Positions 61,791 through 64,000 of a DNA stretch of 64,000 bases are shown in pieces. Position 1 is the stretch's first letter. Every line of letters starts with the position of its first letter. A program made the position numbers and the translations under genes. This stretch comes from Eledone cirrhosa (lineage: Eukaryota): positions 356,872,001 to 356,936,000 of the forward strand of contig OZ024742.1 in NCBI GenBank assembly GCA_964016885.1, written 5' to 3'. Under the pieces are notes generated by a model that did not search any database, was not told the origin of the DNA, and worked only from the letters and a program-made list of their open reading frames with translations.

Positions 61791-64000
61791 CATTACCACT
61801 TTACAGTGTGGGCTGAGTACTTTTAGTTGTGACACTTACATGACCATTTTATAGTGGGGGCTGAGTACTTTTAGTTGTGACACCTACATGACCACTTTAC
61901 AGTGTGGACTGAGTACTTTTAGTTGTGACACTTGCATGACCACTTTATAGTGTGGGCTGAGTACTTTTAGTTGTGACACATACATGACCACTTTACAGTG
62001 TGTACTGAGTACTTTTAGTTGTGATACTTACATGACCACTTTACAGTGTGGACTGAGTACTTTTAGTTGTGACACTTACATGACCACTTTACAGTGTGGA
62101 CTGAGTACTTTTAGTTGTGACACTTACATGACCACTTTACAGTGTGGACTGAGTACTTTTAGTTGTGACACTTACATGACCACTTTACAGTGTGGACTGA
62201 GTACTTTTAGTTGTGACACTTACATGACCACTTTACAGTGTGGACTGAGTACTTTTAGTTGTGACACTTACATGACCACTTTACAGTGTGGGCTGAGTAC
62301 TTTTAGTTGTGATACCTACATGACCACTTTACAGTGTGGACAGAGTACTTTTAGTTGTGACACTTACATGACCACTTTACAGTGTGGACTGAGTACTTTT
62401 AGTTGTGACACTTACATGATCACTTTACAGTGTGGGCTGAGTACTTTTAGTTGTGACACTTACATGACCACTTTATAGTGTGGACTGAGTACATTGAGTT
62501 GTGACACCTACATGACCACTTTACATTGTGGACTGAGTACATTTAGTTGTGACACCTACATGACCACTTTACAGTGTGGACTGAGTACTTTTAGTTGTGA
62601 CACCTACATGACCACTTTACAGTGTGGGCTGAGTACTTTTAGTTGTGACACTTACATGACTACTTTACAGTGTGGACTGAGTACATTTAGTTGTGACACC
62701 TACATGACCACTTTACAGTGTGGACTAAGTACTTTTAGTTGTGACACTTACATGACCACTTTACAGTGTGGCCTGAGTACTATTAGTTGTGACACTTACA
62801 TGACCAATTTACAGTGTGGACTGAGTACTTTTAGTTATGACACCTACATGACCACTTTACAGTGTGGACTGAGTACTTTTAGTTGTGACACTTACATGAC
62901 CACTTTACAGTGTGGACTAAGTACTTTTAGTTGTGACACTTATATGACCACTTTACAGTATGAACTGAGTACTTTAAGTTGCAACACTTACATGACCACT
63001 TTAGAGTGTGGACTGAGTACTTTTAGTTGCGACACTTACATGACCAGTTTACAGTGTGGACTGAGTACTTTTAGTTGTGACACTTACATGACCACTATAC
63101 AGTGTGAACTAAGTACTTTTAGTTGTGACACTTACATGACCACTTTACAGTTTGGACTGAGTACTTTTAATTTCTGACACTTACATGACCACTTTACAGA
63201 GTGGACTGAGTACATTTAGTTGTGACACTTACATGACCACTTTACAGTGTGGGCTGAGTACTTTTAGTTGTGACACTTACATGACCATTTTATAGTGGGG
63301 GCTGAGTACTTTTAGTTGTGACACCTACATGACCACTTTACAGTGTGGACTGAGTACTTTTAGTTGTGACACTTGCATGACCACTTTATAGTGTGGGCTG
63401 AGTACTTTTAGTTGTGACACATACATGACCACTTTACAGTGTGTACTGAGTACTTTTAGTTGTGATACTTACATGACCACTTTATAGTGTGGACTGAGTA
63501 CTTTTAGTTGTGACACTTACATGACCACTTTACAGTGTGGACTGAGTACTTTTAGTTGTGACACTTACATGACCACTTTACAGTGTGGACTGAGTACTTT
63601 TAGTTGTGACACTTACATGACCACTTTACAGTGTGGACTGAGTACTTTTAGTTGTGACACTTACATGACCACTTTACAGTGTGGGCTGAGTACTTTTAGT
63701 TGTGATACCTACATGACCACTTTACAGTGTGGACAGAGTACTTTTAGTTGTGACACTTACATGACCACTTTACAGTGTGGACTGAGTACTTTTAGTTGTG
63801 ACACTTACATGATCACTTTACAGTGTGGGCTGAGTACTTTTAGTTGTGACACTTACATGACCACTTTATAGTGTGGACTGAGTACATTGAGTTGTGACAC
63901 CTACATGACCACTTTACAGTGTGGACTGAGTACATTTAGTTGTGACACCTACATGACCACTTTACAGTGTGGACTAAGTACTTTTAGTTGTGACACTTAC
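61790..64000. repeat. 48-bp minisatellite (~46 units, runs off window end)
   Basis: Unit atgaccactttacagtgtggactgagtacttttagttgtgacacttac; produces the MTTLQCGLSTFSCDTY pseudo-ORFs. Confidence 0.97.

Noticed and set aside
61984-63871. Cys-containing repeat protein MTTLQCGLSTFSCDTY
   Set aside because: Translation of a 48-bp satellite traceable to an RTE UTR; interrupted by stops and a frameshift.

Overview
AT-rich, repeat-saturated eukaryotic (animal) DNA. The CORE- and Nin/Deu-type SINEs, RTE LINEs and huge (TA)n tracts suggest an octopod cephalopod (inference). It is probably intronic: three candidate small + strand exons are spread over about 53 kb, and no host gene could be named. Contents: a near full-length Penelope-like retroelement (RT + C-terminal GIY-YIG, in partial tandem, interrupted by a SINE) plus many inverted pseudo-LTR fragments; hammerhead-ribozyme-like motifs from at least four unrelated repeat families; a full-length frameshifted RTE LINE with a PHD-like finger inside the RT region, plus many 3' fragments; CR1-type LINE pieces; a Chapaev3-like DNA transposon whose transposase has been expanded into a 20-bp minisatellite; a head-to-tail array of three non-autonomous Helitrons; piggyBac- and hAT-type MITEs; and two terminal minisatellite arrays, one born from an RTE 3' UTR. 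Most ORFs in the supplied track are artefacts of simple repeats or TE antisense strands. No CRISPR, rRNA or bona fide tRNA gene is present. Family names come from recalled motifs, not database searches.
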